From the human T2T-CHM13v2.0 reference genome, Homo sapiens: a DNA stretch of 64,000 nt. Shown piece after piece: positions 39,811 to 53,540 of the stretch (positions are counted from its first letter, which is position 1; every line of letters begins with the position of its first letter). The notes under the pieces were generated by a model. The model was not told the origin of the DNA. It ran no database searches and saw only the letters and a list, made by a program, of their open reading frames with translations. The translations under genes were made by a program, and so were the position numbers. Where the stretch lies: assembly GCF_009914755.1 (NCBI RefSeq), contig NC_060936.1; one strand, written 5' to 3'.

Positions 39811-40731
39811 ACACCTTTGATAAACAGTAGCACTTGTAGTAATCAGTGTCCTTCCCAGGCAATCCTCAGTGTCTCTTTCTGCAGGCAAATACCAATCCTG
39901 GGATCTTGAATGAATTTTCCAGCCATGTTATAAAGCAAATTTTCTATTCTTTTAGATCAACTGCTTCCGTATTTTGGCAAGGTGCATACAAGACCAGCAA
40001 ATTTGCTTTGGGATCTGGAAGATATGCTTGACTCTGACAGTGTATTTGGAATAATGTAAAGAGGTTTATAGGGAGTGAAGGTCTGAGGTCTTTGACCTGG
40101 CTCTAGTCTCAGCTCTACAACTATGTGGTTTTTGCTAATTATTTCATCTTTCTGTGTGTCAGCAAGCTTCTTTGTAACTCAGGGATAATAACATCTTATT
40201 GTCTAAAACAAGAAGCTGGATTAAAAGATGCTTTGTGATCGTTTCTCAATATGTGATTGGATATAGGCAATTCAAAATGTAAAGGAATAGAAGAACAATT
40301 AGAGAAGAAACCGATCTAGATTGGTAGGGAAGACTATGGATACCTAGACCAGGGAGATTCAAAGTGCTCCTCTTTTTCATTTTAACCCTTGGCCTGACTA
40401 GAATTCCACTTCTGCCTCCTCCTTAGTGGTTGTGGTTTGGGGAGACTCTGTGTAATCAGTGGGCTGTACCCCACAGGGAACCCCCCAGTCAACAGCTGTG
40501 GATCACCTCCCCAAAGAGGAAGCAGAATGAAACCAACAGAGATGCCTGGTGCAACAATTAAGCAATTGGTCTGATCCTTCCTGGGCCACAGGGCCACGCT
40601 AGGGAACTTCCCAGTCAGGGGACAATGAGCAGGAGAGAGGAGTGAAGTGTCTCTGCCTGAAGGGTGTCTTTCTGTGAAGAAGCTCTCTTGGGGTGAGGTT
40701 GGCTTACGTGCTCTTCTTCCATCTCTTGCAG

Positions 40732-40808
40732 ATATCACAGTGATTTGTCCATGGGAGGCATTCAGCCACCTGGAATTGCATGAGCTCGCTCAGTTTGGGA
40801 TTATCTGA
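40732..40808 (+). CDS. PDE6H: PDE6H last coding exon
   Basis: Encodes (D)[27 protein letters not shown] acceptor; 77 nt. Total 134+41+77 = 252 nt = 83 aa plus stop. Confidence 0.97.
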
Positions 40809-41173
40809 AGTGCCAGAGGTTCTGCCACTCTCAATGACATCTGCTGTAATTTTGGTTGCTTTTGCCCTGTTGATCTGCCGGAGTCTTGAAATTCAGCTGA
40901 TTGGAAGTGGTTTCTTTGACTTTCAAGGTCATTCCCTATCAGTTACTACTAAGAGTTCTCTTACTGTCAGAATCTCTCTTGCAGTACAGCTCAAAATAGT
41001 GGATGCATTTCAAACTTGACCACCTTTTCCTACCAGCTAGTTAGAAGTCATCAATATTTCTCTACATTTTGTTTATCTGTAAGTCCTTTAAATCTATTTT
41101 TGCTAGGCATTCATTATGATTAATAGTAGACTTTTAAGACAACATTTATGTCACTCCCCACCTCCTCATATTT

Positions 41174-41179
41174 AATAAA
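41174..41179 (+). terminator. PDE6H: PDE6H polyadenylation signal AATAAA
   Basis: Canonical hexamer about 365 nt after the stop, with a GT-rich tract downstream (tgttggtgaagttgt). Confidence 0.8.
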
Positions 41180-41356
41180 GGAGATATTTACCTTGAATGT
41201 TGGTGAAGTTGTATTAAATGCTACGTAGAAATATCTGATGCTGTGTTCTGAGAACCAATTAAACAAAGAAGGCACAGTCATACAGGAAATAAGTGCAGTG
41301 CTTACAAAACAGCATAGCATTAAGATTTGAATTCTGTAAGTTTGTAAATTGTATAA

Positions 41357-41723
<367 letters not shown>

Positions 41724-42916
41724 TAAGTTGTATAGTTCTAAGTTGGTGAGGAACTGGGATTTAAACTCAGAATTCTGACAATGTGAGCCTTCTTTTCGGT
41801 ACTCTGGTTGAGGAAGGTTTCCTTCCACGGCATCCCTTCAGTGAAATTATTTTGTCCAATGACTTAAAATGAGAGTCACAGGAGTTACATACATTGACTG
41901 CTTTGTGTACATCTGTAGTAAATCTAATCTTTAAACTGTCAATTGAAAAGATTTATATGCTGTAAGGTTTAGACTCATATGCAAAGGATAGGCAGTTGAC
42001 CCTCTAAATAAAATGGATGGTTTGCCTCACCCCTGAAGTTGTGTCAATGTAATGTGCTCATACTTATCTTTTCTCAATACTTTCAAGGCAATTGTGCAAC
42101 TCAAATGCTGCCTCTATGTGACTTGGATGCTTTGGAACTAACAGTATGAATTTCTTCATTTCAGTTTTGAAATCTGTGGTAAAAGAATGGAGTAAATTAA
42201 CCGAAGAGAGAGACAGGATGATAGAGAAGTAAGAGATTCAGGTTCTAATCCTGTCTCTACCAGTAAATTGCAATATAATTTTGGGCAAAGATCTCACCCT
42301 TTGTACCTTCAAGTTTTCCTGAATCAGATAATCTAAGGTTCATGGTAGTGATAAATTTTGTGACTTTGTGGTCTTAGAGGAGTGCAGCACTGAGACTTGT
42401 GGCTGCTACAAGGCCTGTGTTAACCATTTTGCACGAATGATCAGGTTACCTTCTGGCCAGAAAATTAGAAGTACAAAAGAAAAGCTGAGGTATAGATTCA
42501 AAAGTGGAACCATGACATGCAAAGACGCCCAGTGGAAATGTGTGTTTCCTCCTTCAGCAGGAACTCCTGCCTCCACCCAGGCACCTGCTTTCTCTCCTGC
42601 CAAAGCTAACCCTTGCCTTTCAAGTCAGCTGCTCCATTTGACAGCCAGTGCCTTCAGTTCATCCCAATTAGGGAGGATTTGCTTCTTCTCCAGCTGGGAG
42701 AGACTCTGGTTCACATTTGGCTTACTTTTCAAATATTTCTTTAAAAATGAAGCAATGACATTGACAAAACAGAATGCACTCAAAAGAATGTATCCAAAGG
42801 CTACCTAAAGAAGTATCTAGAAACTATGCTACATGGGGAATTGTTGAACGAACTGATAACATTTAGCTGAGAGAAGAAAACATTCATTGCCAGCAAATAT
42901 TTGAAAAGTTGTAATG

Positions 42917-42951
42917 GTCCACAGCTGTAACAACCTGAATACACCGGATCT
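42917..42951 (+). pseudogene. Candidate 3'-truncated 5S rRNA retro-fragment (nt 1-35)
   Basis: gtccacagctgtaacaacctgaatacaccggatct versus 5S GTCTACGGCCATACCACCCTGAACGCGCCCGATCT: 25/35 ungapped, starting at nt 1, with several CpG-decay changes. Confidence 0.55.
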
Positions 42952-42971
42952 TTTAAAAAAGTAATGGGGAA

Positions 42972-43292
<321 letters not shown>

Positions 43293-43920
43293 GTAATCAT
43301 GAAGGAGGAAGAAGCAAATATCTTTCACGCCACAGTCTGGCATTTGGGGGTAAGCTGGAGTAGACATAATTTAAAGCCCTTCCAGTATCTAGAATCCTAT
43401 TATTGCTATTCCTATCATTTTATTATTTTAAATAAGAAACCTCTCAATGTATAGACAACACATATGAAAGAGATAAAGTAAGTCATTGTCCTCATCTGAG
43501 TCCTGGCAGCAAAGAGATGACAACCCCAAGCTGGGTAATTGAGGAAAGGTTTAACAAAGGGACTATTTACACAGGCTGGGGAAGAGTTAGTGGCAATCTA
43601 CAAAGGCCAGTACAGTAACTTCGGGCTAGCAACAGCATAGGAGCCATTGCCAAACCTGGGCCTGAAGCAATCCAGAAATAACATCTCTAATAATAAAGGA
43701 GGGGCCCTTGACAAGGCTGTAGGATGTGGCAGAGGGACATAGTTAACATACAGTGATGCTGTAAGTAATCAGGAGGTAAAGGGGTTGTTCCTCCTTCCAA
43801 TGTCATCCTTCTCCCCTTCTCTACTTCCCTGTTGATGCCTCCCATTGGCTAAACCCAACTGGAAATCAGAGGGCAAAGAATCTCTTTAATGCAGTCATTA
43901 AAGTTCACCTTCTCCAGTAA

Positions 43921-44129
43921 CACATAGACACAGGGAGGGGAACAACTCACACTGGGGCTTCTAAGGGGGACGGTGGGAAGATAGAGCATCAGGATAAATA
44001 GCTAATGCATGTGGGGCTTAATACCTAAGTGATAGGTTGATGGGTGCAGCAAACCACAATGGCACACGTTTACCTGTGTAACAAACCAGCACATCCTGCA
44101 CATGTATCCTGCAACTTAAAATTTTTTAA
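43921..44129 (+). mobile_element. L1PA 3' end inserted into an old LTR-like element
   Basis: 'gggaacaactcacactgggg...gggtgcagcaaaccacaatggcacacg...aacttaaa'. Duplication aaagttcaccttct(c/t)cag(t/c)aa at 43900-43920 and 44130-44150. Confidence 0.88.
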
Positions 44130-46904
44130 AAAGTTCACCTTCTTCAGCAAAGAGCAAGTGGAGAGTGAATGTGAAGGGGCTAAGAAAATATATATCCATC
44201 ATAGCAACAGTATTGAAGAGCAGATAGTATTTGTCAGCCAGTGATTTTTAGTTGGAGTTGGGAAATAGCATGCATATGTCTATAGCCTACACAGCTGATT
44301 CTGATGCAAAACGCTAGAGTGGAGGAAGAGCAGTGTTGAATAGGAAGAACCCAATAGGCAAAAGAGAACAATAGCAGAAATAATTTATCATAAAGTTTAA
44401 GAGTTTGGGGAATTAAAAAAAATCTTCAGACAGTTTTCTGATAATAAGAAACATTGAGAGTCTCTTCTTAAAAGCACATAAAATTTGGGCCTCACTCCAG
44501 ATTTTCTGAATAAGAATTTCCAAGGGAGAGATATTGAAATCTATGTTATTAAATGAGGGCCCTAGGTGATTCTTACATTTGTGCCAGTTTAAAAACTCTG
44601 ATGTAATCCAAGCCTACATTTTACACATTAGGAATTAGCTAATTCTTAACTTGTTACCACCCAGTGATCCAGTGGCCAACTTAACCCATTCTTCTTGCCC
44701 CCAATAACACATGTAGTCAGTGGGAGAACAGAGGCTAACGTGTATGTGTTCTGACTGTTACATAGTTTTGCTGGCTGATAAAATAGATGTGCCTCACTAC
44801 TCTAGACCTAACCCAGAAGATGTCAGAGAGCTCAGGAGACAAGGGTTGGACTGAAGCAATTCCAAGAATATAGGGCTGGACAAGTACCACAATTATGACC
44901 ACTGCCTCACACAGCCACCCTCCCTCCGTAGCCTGTGTCACTCCCTGGCCTCTGCTGCCTCCTCTAACTGGAGTAGGAGGAAGCCAGGGAGGGTGAGAGG
45001 CAGGTGGAGGCAGGAGCTGGCTAATCCTCCACCTCTTCCCTGTTTGTTTCAGCACTGGGTAGAAGTTGAGATTAATGGTGCCAGTGAGCTAGGCACTGAT
45101 TCCTGTTCTCCACAGACCTCAGCCACACTACAGCCAGACAGAAAAAGCAGTGCATAAGGAGAAAATGTTCCTCTTGAGTCTCCACCCTACCTGAATAGGC
45201 ACAGTGGTCCAAACAATTGCCACTGTGCAGTTGACCTGTGCTGTGAGAAAGCAAAAATCGCCAAAAACAATTTTATAAAACAAAGGAGGAGGAGTTTCTC
45301 AACAACTAAAGAAGTGGAGGGAAAACACACGCACAGAAGAATAATCAATTAGACCAATATTCAGCACAAGAGAAAAAAAGATCACACAAGATTGAGCACT
45401 ATAAAACTAATATAATGAGAACCATGCAAGTGTGACACTGAATTATTTTAAAGGGGAAAATAGGAAAGGAACTATGTTTTATAAAAGGCTACAGGGAAAG
45501 GCTTGTACAGGCCACAAAATTGTGTATATATATATAAACTAGCATGATGCTTTTTGCAATATGAGGGCAGAGTCTGATTGATTAAAACCGAAATTCAAAA
45601 AAGCAACAATCAAGTTGATTGGCAACATCAGTCACAGTATCTTTTTTTTGGCAAAAACAATTGAGAGGCCTGGGTTCTGCCTGGATCTGCTGCAAAGTAC
45701 CTGCTAGACAGTCAGCTAATTAATTCACTTTTCTTCTTTGGCCTCAAATATTTGACAATAAAACAGGATCTTAGACATAATGATTGCCAAGTTTCCTTTC
45801 AGCAAAAAATTCCAAAAAACGAGTAATACATCTAAATATATTTCAGTTGTTCCCTTTAGACCAGAAGACCTAAAGCACAGAGCCTCAGTTTCCAATTATT
45901 TCCAGAGTGCTTGTTTAATATCCCCCGCCTTTTTTTTTTTTTTTTTTCACATTTCTCCAGGGTCCAGTAATAAAGTCGAATCGTGTGTTAGTACTGTCAC
46001 CTGCTGCAACAAATAAGCACTTCAACACTTGGAGACAACCATTTCTATTAGACTTTTCAATCCACATAGCTAGTTCTGAATTTCTTCCCATCCAATCATT
46101 CACCAATTTAAACTGTTGCATTGCTTGGCTAAGGAAAAGTGATCCATAAAAAGGATGAACATTAAAAGGGTATAAAAGTGAACACAGTACAAGATAAGTC
46201 GTTTCCACCCAGTGCCCTACATCCCTCTCTCATTCTCAGTCAATCCCTGTTATGCTTTTTGTGAATCCTGCCAGAGACATTCTGTGCATAGACACACTTA
46301 TATGTATACACTTTTTTTGCACAGTAATAACATACTATATTCGCTATTCTATACTATTTTTGACTTATTTTTTCTTGAAGATAACTCTATGTCTGTACAT
46401 TTTGATATACCTCATTTTTTAAAGTAGCAGCATATGTTTCATTTGTATAATTGAGGTCTAATTCATTTATCCAGCGTCATATTGATGGACGTTTTGGATA
46501 TTTTTAGACTTCTACATATTTTCTCAAATGCCTCCATATTTATGCCAGAGTTGTGCAGGTTTATCTCTAGGACCAATTCCTAGGAGTAGAATGGACAGGC
46601 TTTGAAGGATATTGCTACATTCGCCTCTGAAAAATTTGTAATCATTAACACAACATATACAACTCATGCATACTTTTCCAAACACTCATACCTTTACATA
46701 ATATTATTAAATTTTTATTTTGCCTGAAACTGAACAATGTTTCATAAGTTTAAAAGTCACTGTTATGTTCTTGTCAGTGAATTGTCTGCTCTTGTGCTTT
46801 GTCTGTTTTCCTATGAAACAGCGAATCTTTGAATTATAAGATCTCTCCCCCATCAGTGTCATCTGTATAAAAGGAAGTATTGGTTTGTCTTATATCTGTG
46901 GTAC

Positions 46905-48362
46905 AAATAGCCAAAGCAAACCTAAGCAAGAAAGAACAAAGCCAGAGGCATCACATTACCCAACTTAAAACTATACTATATGGCTACAGTAACCAAAACA
47001 GCATGGTACAAAAACAGACATATAGACCGGTGGAACAGAATAGGGAACGCAGAAATAAAGCTGCACATCTACAGCCATCTTATCTTTTACAGAGTTGACA
47101 AAAATAAACAATGGAGAAAGGAGTCCCTATTCAATAAATGGTGCTGGGATAGCTGCATATGCAGAAGAATGAAACTGGATTCTTATCTTTACCTATACAA
47201 AAATTAACTCAAAACGGATTAAATATTTAAATGTAAGATCTCAAACCATAAGGATCTTAGAAGACAATTTAGAGAACATCATTCTGGATACTGACCATGG
47301 GAAAGGATTTATGACTAAGCCCTTAAAAGCAATGGCAACAAAAACAAAAATTGATAAGTGGGACCTAATTAAACTAAAAAGTTCCTGCACAGCAAAAGAA
47401 ACTATCAACAGAATGAAGAGACAACCTACAGAATGCAAGAAGGTATTTGCAAACTTTACATCCAAAAAAGGTCTAATACCCAGAATCTGCAAGGAACTGA
47501 AACAATTACATAAGCAAAAAACAAATAACCTCATTTAAAAGTGGGGAAAAGACATGAACAGACACTTCTCGAAAAAAGACATACAAGTGGCCAACAAACA
47601 TGAAAAATTGCTCAACGTCACTAATCATCAGAGAAATGCAAACCAAAACCACAATGAAACACCATCTCGCACCAGTCAGAATGGCCATTATTAAAAAGTC
47701 AAAGAACAGCAGTTGCTAGTGAGGCTTCAGGAAAAAGGGAATGCTCATACATTGTTAGTGGGCAAGTAAATTCGTTCAGCCTCTATGGAAAGCAGTTTGG
47801 AGATTTCTCAAATAACTTAAAACCAAACTACCATTTGACCCAGCAATTCCATTACTGGGTATATACCCAAAAGAAAGCAAAACATTCTACCAAAAAAGAC
47901 ACATGCTCCTCCATGTTCGTCACAGCACTATTCATAATAGCAAAGACTTGGAATCAACCTAGGTACCAATCAATGCTGGATTGGATTAAAAAAACAACAC
48001 ATGGCACATATATTCCATAGAATAATACACAGTCATAGAAAAGAACAAAATTACGTCCTTTGTAGCAACATGGATGCAGGTTGGAGGCCGTTATCCTAAG
48101 CTAATTAACACAGGAACAGAAAACCAAATACCATGTGTTCTTATTTATAAATAGGAGCTAAACATTGGGTACACATGGACATAAAGATTGCAACAATAGA
48201 TACCGGGGACTACTAAACGGGGAGGGAAGGAGGAGGGAAATGGATGAAAAGCTATTGGGTACTATGCTCACTACCTGGATGATGGGATCATTCATATCCC
48301 AAATCTCAGCATTACTCAATATACCTGTGTAACAAATCTGCACACATATACTCAAACTAAAA
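46905..48362 (+). mobile_element. L1PB-like 3' ORF2 remnant plus 3' UTR
   Basis: Peptides [20 protein letters not shown] and [24 protein letters not shown], followed by an L1 3' UTR. Confidence 0.9.
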
Positions 48363-48644
48363 CAAAATAATATTGGAAGTTCTAGCCAGAGCAATTAGGC
48401 AATAAAAAGAAGTAAAATGCATCCAAATTGGAAGGGAAGAATAAAACTGTTTCTGTTTGCAGATGACATATTCATATAGATAGGAAAGCCTAAAGACTTG
48501 GAACTAACCAACAAATTCAGTAAAGTTGCAGGATACAAAATCAACCTATGAAAATCAGTTATGCTTCTATACATTAATAATCAACTATCTGAAAAATAAA
48601 TTAAGAAAACAAAGTTGTTGATAATAGCATCAAAAGAATAAGAT

Positions 48645-51250
48645 GATAGATGGCCGATTATAAGCAACTAGTGTGCACGGCTCTCATGGAGAGGAAAAGA
48701 AGGGATGAATAAATACAACACCTTCAATGGAAACATCCAGGTACTTGCATTGGAATTAATCAAGGAAACAAACTGACCCACACAGAATGAAGAAAAGCAA
48801 GACAGGACAATGGCCCACCTGGGAGCATCATGGAGCCTGGGGATCCTTCTCTGCCCAGGGAAGTGGCGAGTGAATGAGTGACAAAACCACACTTCTCCCA
48901 TAGATCTTTGCAACCCTCAGGTCAGGTGATCTCCTTGTGAACCCACTCCACCAGGGCATTCAGTCTTCAGTCTGACAGACAGAGCTACGTGGAGTCATGG
49001 CAGAGCAGCTGCTTGTACATGTATGGAGACCCTGGAGCCTTAGATACTTGGGCTTTCTGGCAAAAGTAGCTGCAGCTCTGGCAAAGTGGAAGGTTGAGTT
49101 CCTTCACATACTCCTAGAAAAGAGGCTGAATCCAGGGGGGCTGAGCAGCAACAGCCCACAGGCCCCATGTCCATGGCACCTCACAAGGTAAGACCCATTG
49201 GCCTGGAATTCCAGCCAGCTACATAGTATTGGAAGACCTAGCCAGAGAAATCAGGCATGAGAAATAAATCAAGTGCATCCAAATAGGAAAAGAGGAAGTC
49301 AAACTATCTCTGTTTGCAGACAACAGGAGTCTATATTTAGAAAACCCCACGGTCTTGGCCCAAACACTCCTTCAGCTGATAAACAACTTCAGCAAAGTTT
49401 CAGTATATAAAATTAATGTACAAAAACCACTAGCATTCTCATACACCAGCAATAACCAAACTAAGAGCCAAATCAGAAAGGCAACCCCATTCAAAATTGC
49501 CACACACAAAAAATAAAATACCTAGGAATACAGCTAACCAGGGAGTTGAAAGACCTCTACAATGAGAATTACAAAATACTGCTCAAAAAAATCAGAGAAG
49601 ACACAAACAAATGGAAAAACATCCCATGCTCATGGATAGGAAGAATCAATATCATTAAAATGGCTATAATGCCCAAAGCAATTTACAGATTCAATGCTAT
49701 TCCTATCAAACTACCAATAACATTCTTCACAGAACTAGAAAAAATTATTTAAAAATTTATATAGGACCAAAAAAGAGCCTGAATAGTCAAGGCAATCCTA
49801 AGCAAAAAGAACAAAGCTAGAGGAATCACATTACCCAACTTCAAACTATACTACAAGGCTACAATGACGAAACAGTATGGTATTGGTACAAAAACAGACA
49901 TATAGACCAATGAAACAGAATAGTGAGCCTAAAAATAAGGACACACATCTATGACCATCTGACCTTTGACAAAGCTGACAAAAACAAGCAATGGGGAAAA
50001 GACTCCCTATTTAATAAATGGTGCTGGGATAACTGGCTAGCCGTATGCATAAGATTGAAGCAGGACCCCTTCCTTATACCATATAGAAAAATCAACTCAA
50101 GATGGACGAAAGACTTAGATATAAAACCCAAAACTAGAAACACCTGGAAGGCAACCTAGGCAATACCATCCTGGACATAGGAATGGGCAAAGATTTCATA
50201 ATGAAGACCCCAAAAGTAACTGCAACGAAAGCAAAAATTGATAAATGGGATCTAATTAAACTTTAGAGCTTCTGTACAGCAAAAGAAACTATCAACAGAG
50301 TAAACAGACAACCTACAGAATGGGAGAAAATATTTGCAAACTATGCATCTGACAAAGGTCTAATATCTAGCATCTATAAGGAACTTAAATGTACAACAGA
50401 AAAACAAACAACCCCATTAAAAAGTGGGCAAAGGACATGAACAGACACTTTTCAAAAGAACACATACAAGTGGCCAATAAGCATATGAAAAAAGCTCAAT
50501 ATCACTGATCATTAGAGAAGTGAAAATCAAAACCACAGTAAGATATCATCTCACACCAGTCAGAATGACTATTATTAAAAAGTGAAAAAGTAACATATGC
50601 TGATGAGGTTGCACAGAAAAGGTAACCCTCATACACTGTTGGTGGGAGTGTGAATGAGTTCAACCATTGTGGAAAGCAGTACAACAATTTCTCAAAAGAG
50701 CCAAAAGCAGAACTACCATTCAACCCAGCAATTCCATTACTGAGTATATACCCAGAAGAAGATAAAGCATTCTACCATAAAGACACATGCATGTGAATGT
50801 TCATTGCAGCACTGTTCACAATAGTGAAAACGTGGAAGCAACCTAAATTACCATCAGTGATAGACTGAATAAAGAAAATGTACATATACACCATGGAATA
50901 TTATGCAGCCATAAAAAATGTGATCATGTCTTGTGCCAGAACATGGATGGACCTGGAGGTCATTATCTTTAGCAAACTAAGGCAGGAACAGAAAACCAAA
51001 TACCACATGTTCTCACTTATAAATGGGAGCTAAATGATAAGAATTTATGAACACAAGGAAGGAAACAGCAGACACTGGGGTCTACTTGAAGGTGGAGGGT
51101 GGGAGGAAGGAGAGGAGCAGAAAAGATCACTATTGGGTACTGGGCTTATTACCTGGGTGATGTAATAATATGTACAACAAACCCCTGTGACATGTGTTTA
51201 TCTACGTAACAAACCTTCACATGTACCCCCAAACCTAAAATAAAAATGTT
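48645..51250 (+). mobile_element. Nested old L1PA with 5' UTR, a large internal deletion, 3' ORF2 and 3' UTR
   Basis: GC-richer 5' UTR-like block at 48645-49220, then ORF2 ([38 protein letters not shown]) through to the 3' UTR. Bounded by a target duplication. Confidence 0.85.
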
Positions 51251-51810
51251 CAAAAAATAAGATACTTAGAAATAAATTTAATCAAGGAAATGGAAGATCT
51301 GTACACTGAAAACTGTAACTGAAACATTGATGAAAGAAATTGAAGAAGACAAACATTAATGGAAAGATATTATGTATCTGTGGATTTGAAAAATTACAAT
51401 TGCTAAAATTTCCATACTACCCAAAGTTATCTCCAGACTCAATGCAGTTACTGTCAAAATTCCAATGGCATTTTTAGCAGAAATAGAAAAAAAATTTAAA
51501 TTTTGCATGGAACCACAAAGACCCTGAGTAGCCAAGGCAATCTTGAGAAAGAAGAACCAAACTTGAGGCATCACACTTCTTGGTCTCAAATTATATTATA
51601 AAACTGCAGCAATCAAAACAGTATGATACTGGCATAAAAACAGACACATGGACCAATGAAACAGAATTGAGAGCTCAAAAATAAACCCACACATATATGG
51701 TTAACTAATCTTTAATAAAGTTGCCAAGAATACACAATGGGGAAAGGATAGTCTCTTCAATAAATGGTGTTGGAGAAACTGGATATTCACATGTAAAAAA
51801 ATGAAATTCA

Positions 51811-51945
51811 GCCAAGTGTGGTGGCTCATGCCTGTAATCCCAGCACTTTGGGAGGTCGAGGCAGGAGGATTACTTGAGCCCAGGAATAAATGAGCTTGGG
51901 CAACATAGTGAGACCCCCATCTCTATATTTACCAAAAAATAAAAA
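51811..51945 (+). mobile_element. FLAM / Alu left monomer inside L1
   Basis: 'gtggtggctcatgcctgtaatcccagcactttgggagg...gggcaacatagtgagacccc'. Confidence 0.88.
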
Positions 51946-52971
51946 ATAATAAAATTGGATCCTTATCTTATACCATACACAAAAATCAACTCAAAATGGA
52001 TTAAAGACTTGAACCATAAAACTAGGAGAAAACACAGGGGAAACTCTCCTTAACATTGGTCTTGGCAATAACTTTTTGGATAGGACACTAAAAGCACAGG
52101 CAACAAAAGTAAAAAGAAACAAATGGACTCCAGAGATGAATAAGTTGAAATGCTCCAAATGCACTTTCTCATCTATAATGTTGAGGAAATACCATCTATT
52201 TCATAAGAATGCCTTTTGAAAGTTACATGAAATAAGTGTGTAATGCTTGGCTCATGGTAAATGTCCAATGATCATATTATGATTGCTATATTCTTTGCCA
52301 TTGTTATAATTATGAATTTCTTGCTTTCTGCATGACGATAGCCTAGCACGGAGATATAGTTTGTTATGAGATCACATTGAAGGGAACCATTAGCTATGCG
52401 ACAGCACTGGTAGAGGTTGTTGCGTGTGTATGTGTGTAGCTGTGAGCAATGCAGTCAGGAAGAGTAGTAATTTAGGCGAATCTTTCTACTGTTCTCCATT
52501 TCCATCATCTCTTGGGTGAACTATTACTACAGCCTCCAAATAATCTTCCTGTTCTCACACCTGTTCCCCAACTCATCCTTCAAATTGTAGCCATCGTGTC
52601 TGTTCCCCCAGCCGTAAGAATGTAAACAGCAAGAAACAGTGACCTCGTTATATCATTCTTGACTGTGTAGTCAGTGTCTGGCATGGAGTCTGGCAGATAG
52701 CAAGCACTCAATATATTAATATATATGTTGACTGAATTAATAAGTGATGATTTAAAAGACTCTGCCCCGGCATGCCTATCTTGGCCTAAAGTCACCCTCC
52801 TGCACATTGACCATGTCTTCATGGACACTGACTTGGCAAAATTGGTAAAATACTATGCTGATGTGGACATCTGTAAATGTAGCATTTGTAAGTTAAGCTG
52901 AAATTTTCATATATTCTATTTCTCTTTCTGAAAGTCACCAAACTTACACAAGAGATGTCAGTTAAAGACAT

Positions 52972-53540
52972 TGTGATGGTTAATTTTAGATGTCACTTTG
53001 ACTGGCTTGAGAGATGCCAGATGGCTGGTGATGCATTGTTTCTGGGTGTGTCTGTGAGGGTGCTTCCACAGGAGATTGGTGAGTGATTCAGTGGCCTGAA
53101 AGAGGAAGACCCACCCTCGGTGTGGGTGGGCACCATCCAGTCATCTGGGGACCCTGCTCATGAAAATGAGCAGAAAAATTATCTCCTTCTCTCCCTTCTA
53201 CAGCAGGATGCTTTTTCTTTTCCTGCCTTTGGACATCAGACTCTAGGTTCTTCTTCAGCTTTTGGACTCTAGGACTTGCACCAGCAGCCTCCGGGGTTGG
53301 GGTAGGGGGTGGTTTCAGTCCTCACTGCTGCACTATGGGCTTTCCTGCATCTGATGCTTAGGACATGGACTGACCATGCTACTGGCTGTGAGTCACGCCA
53401 TTGGCTTCTCTGGCTCTCCAGCTCGAAGTCAGTCTAACTGAAACTTCACCACTGTGATAGTGTAAGCCAGTTCTCCCCATATATATCCCCTTTTGTATAG
53501 CCTGTTGGTTCTGTCTCTCTAGAGAACCCTGAATAATACA
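52972..53540 (+). mobile_element. MLT2-family LTR (ERVL 5' LTR)
   Basis: Starts TGTGATGGTTAATTTTA and ends GAGAACCCTGAATAATACA, the characteristic MLT2 termini. Confidence 0.9.

Larger units (their letters stand above)
48365..52110 (+). mobile_element. Older L1MA-type ORF2 segment, split by a nested L1 (48645-51250) and a FLAM
   Basis: ORF2 text stops at 'caaaagaataagat' (48631-48644) and resumes at 'caaaaaataagatacttagaaataaattt' (from 51251). Confidence 0.8.

Noticed and set aside
42368-42808. Longest ORF in the track (146 aa)
   Set aside because: Non-ATG start, no recognisable domain, no splice or promoter support; within chance expectation for 64 kb.
46880-51600. L1 ORF2 peptides as an active retrotransposon
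   Set aside because: Fragmented by stops and frameshifts, and ORF1 and the endonuclease region are missing.
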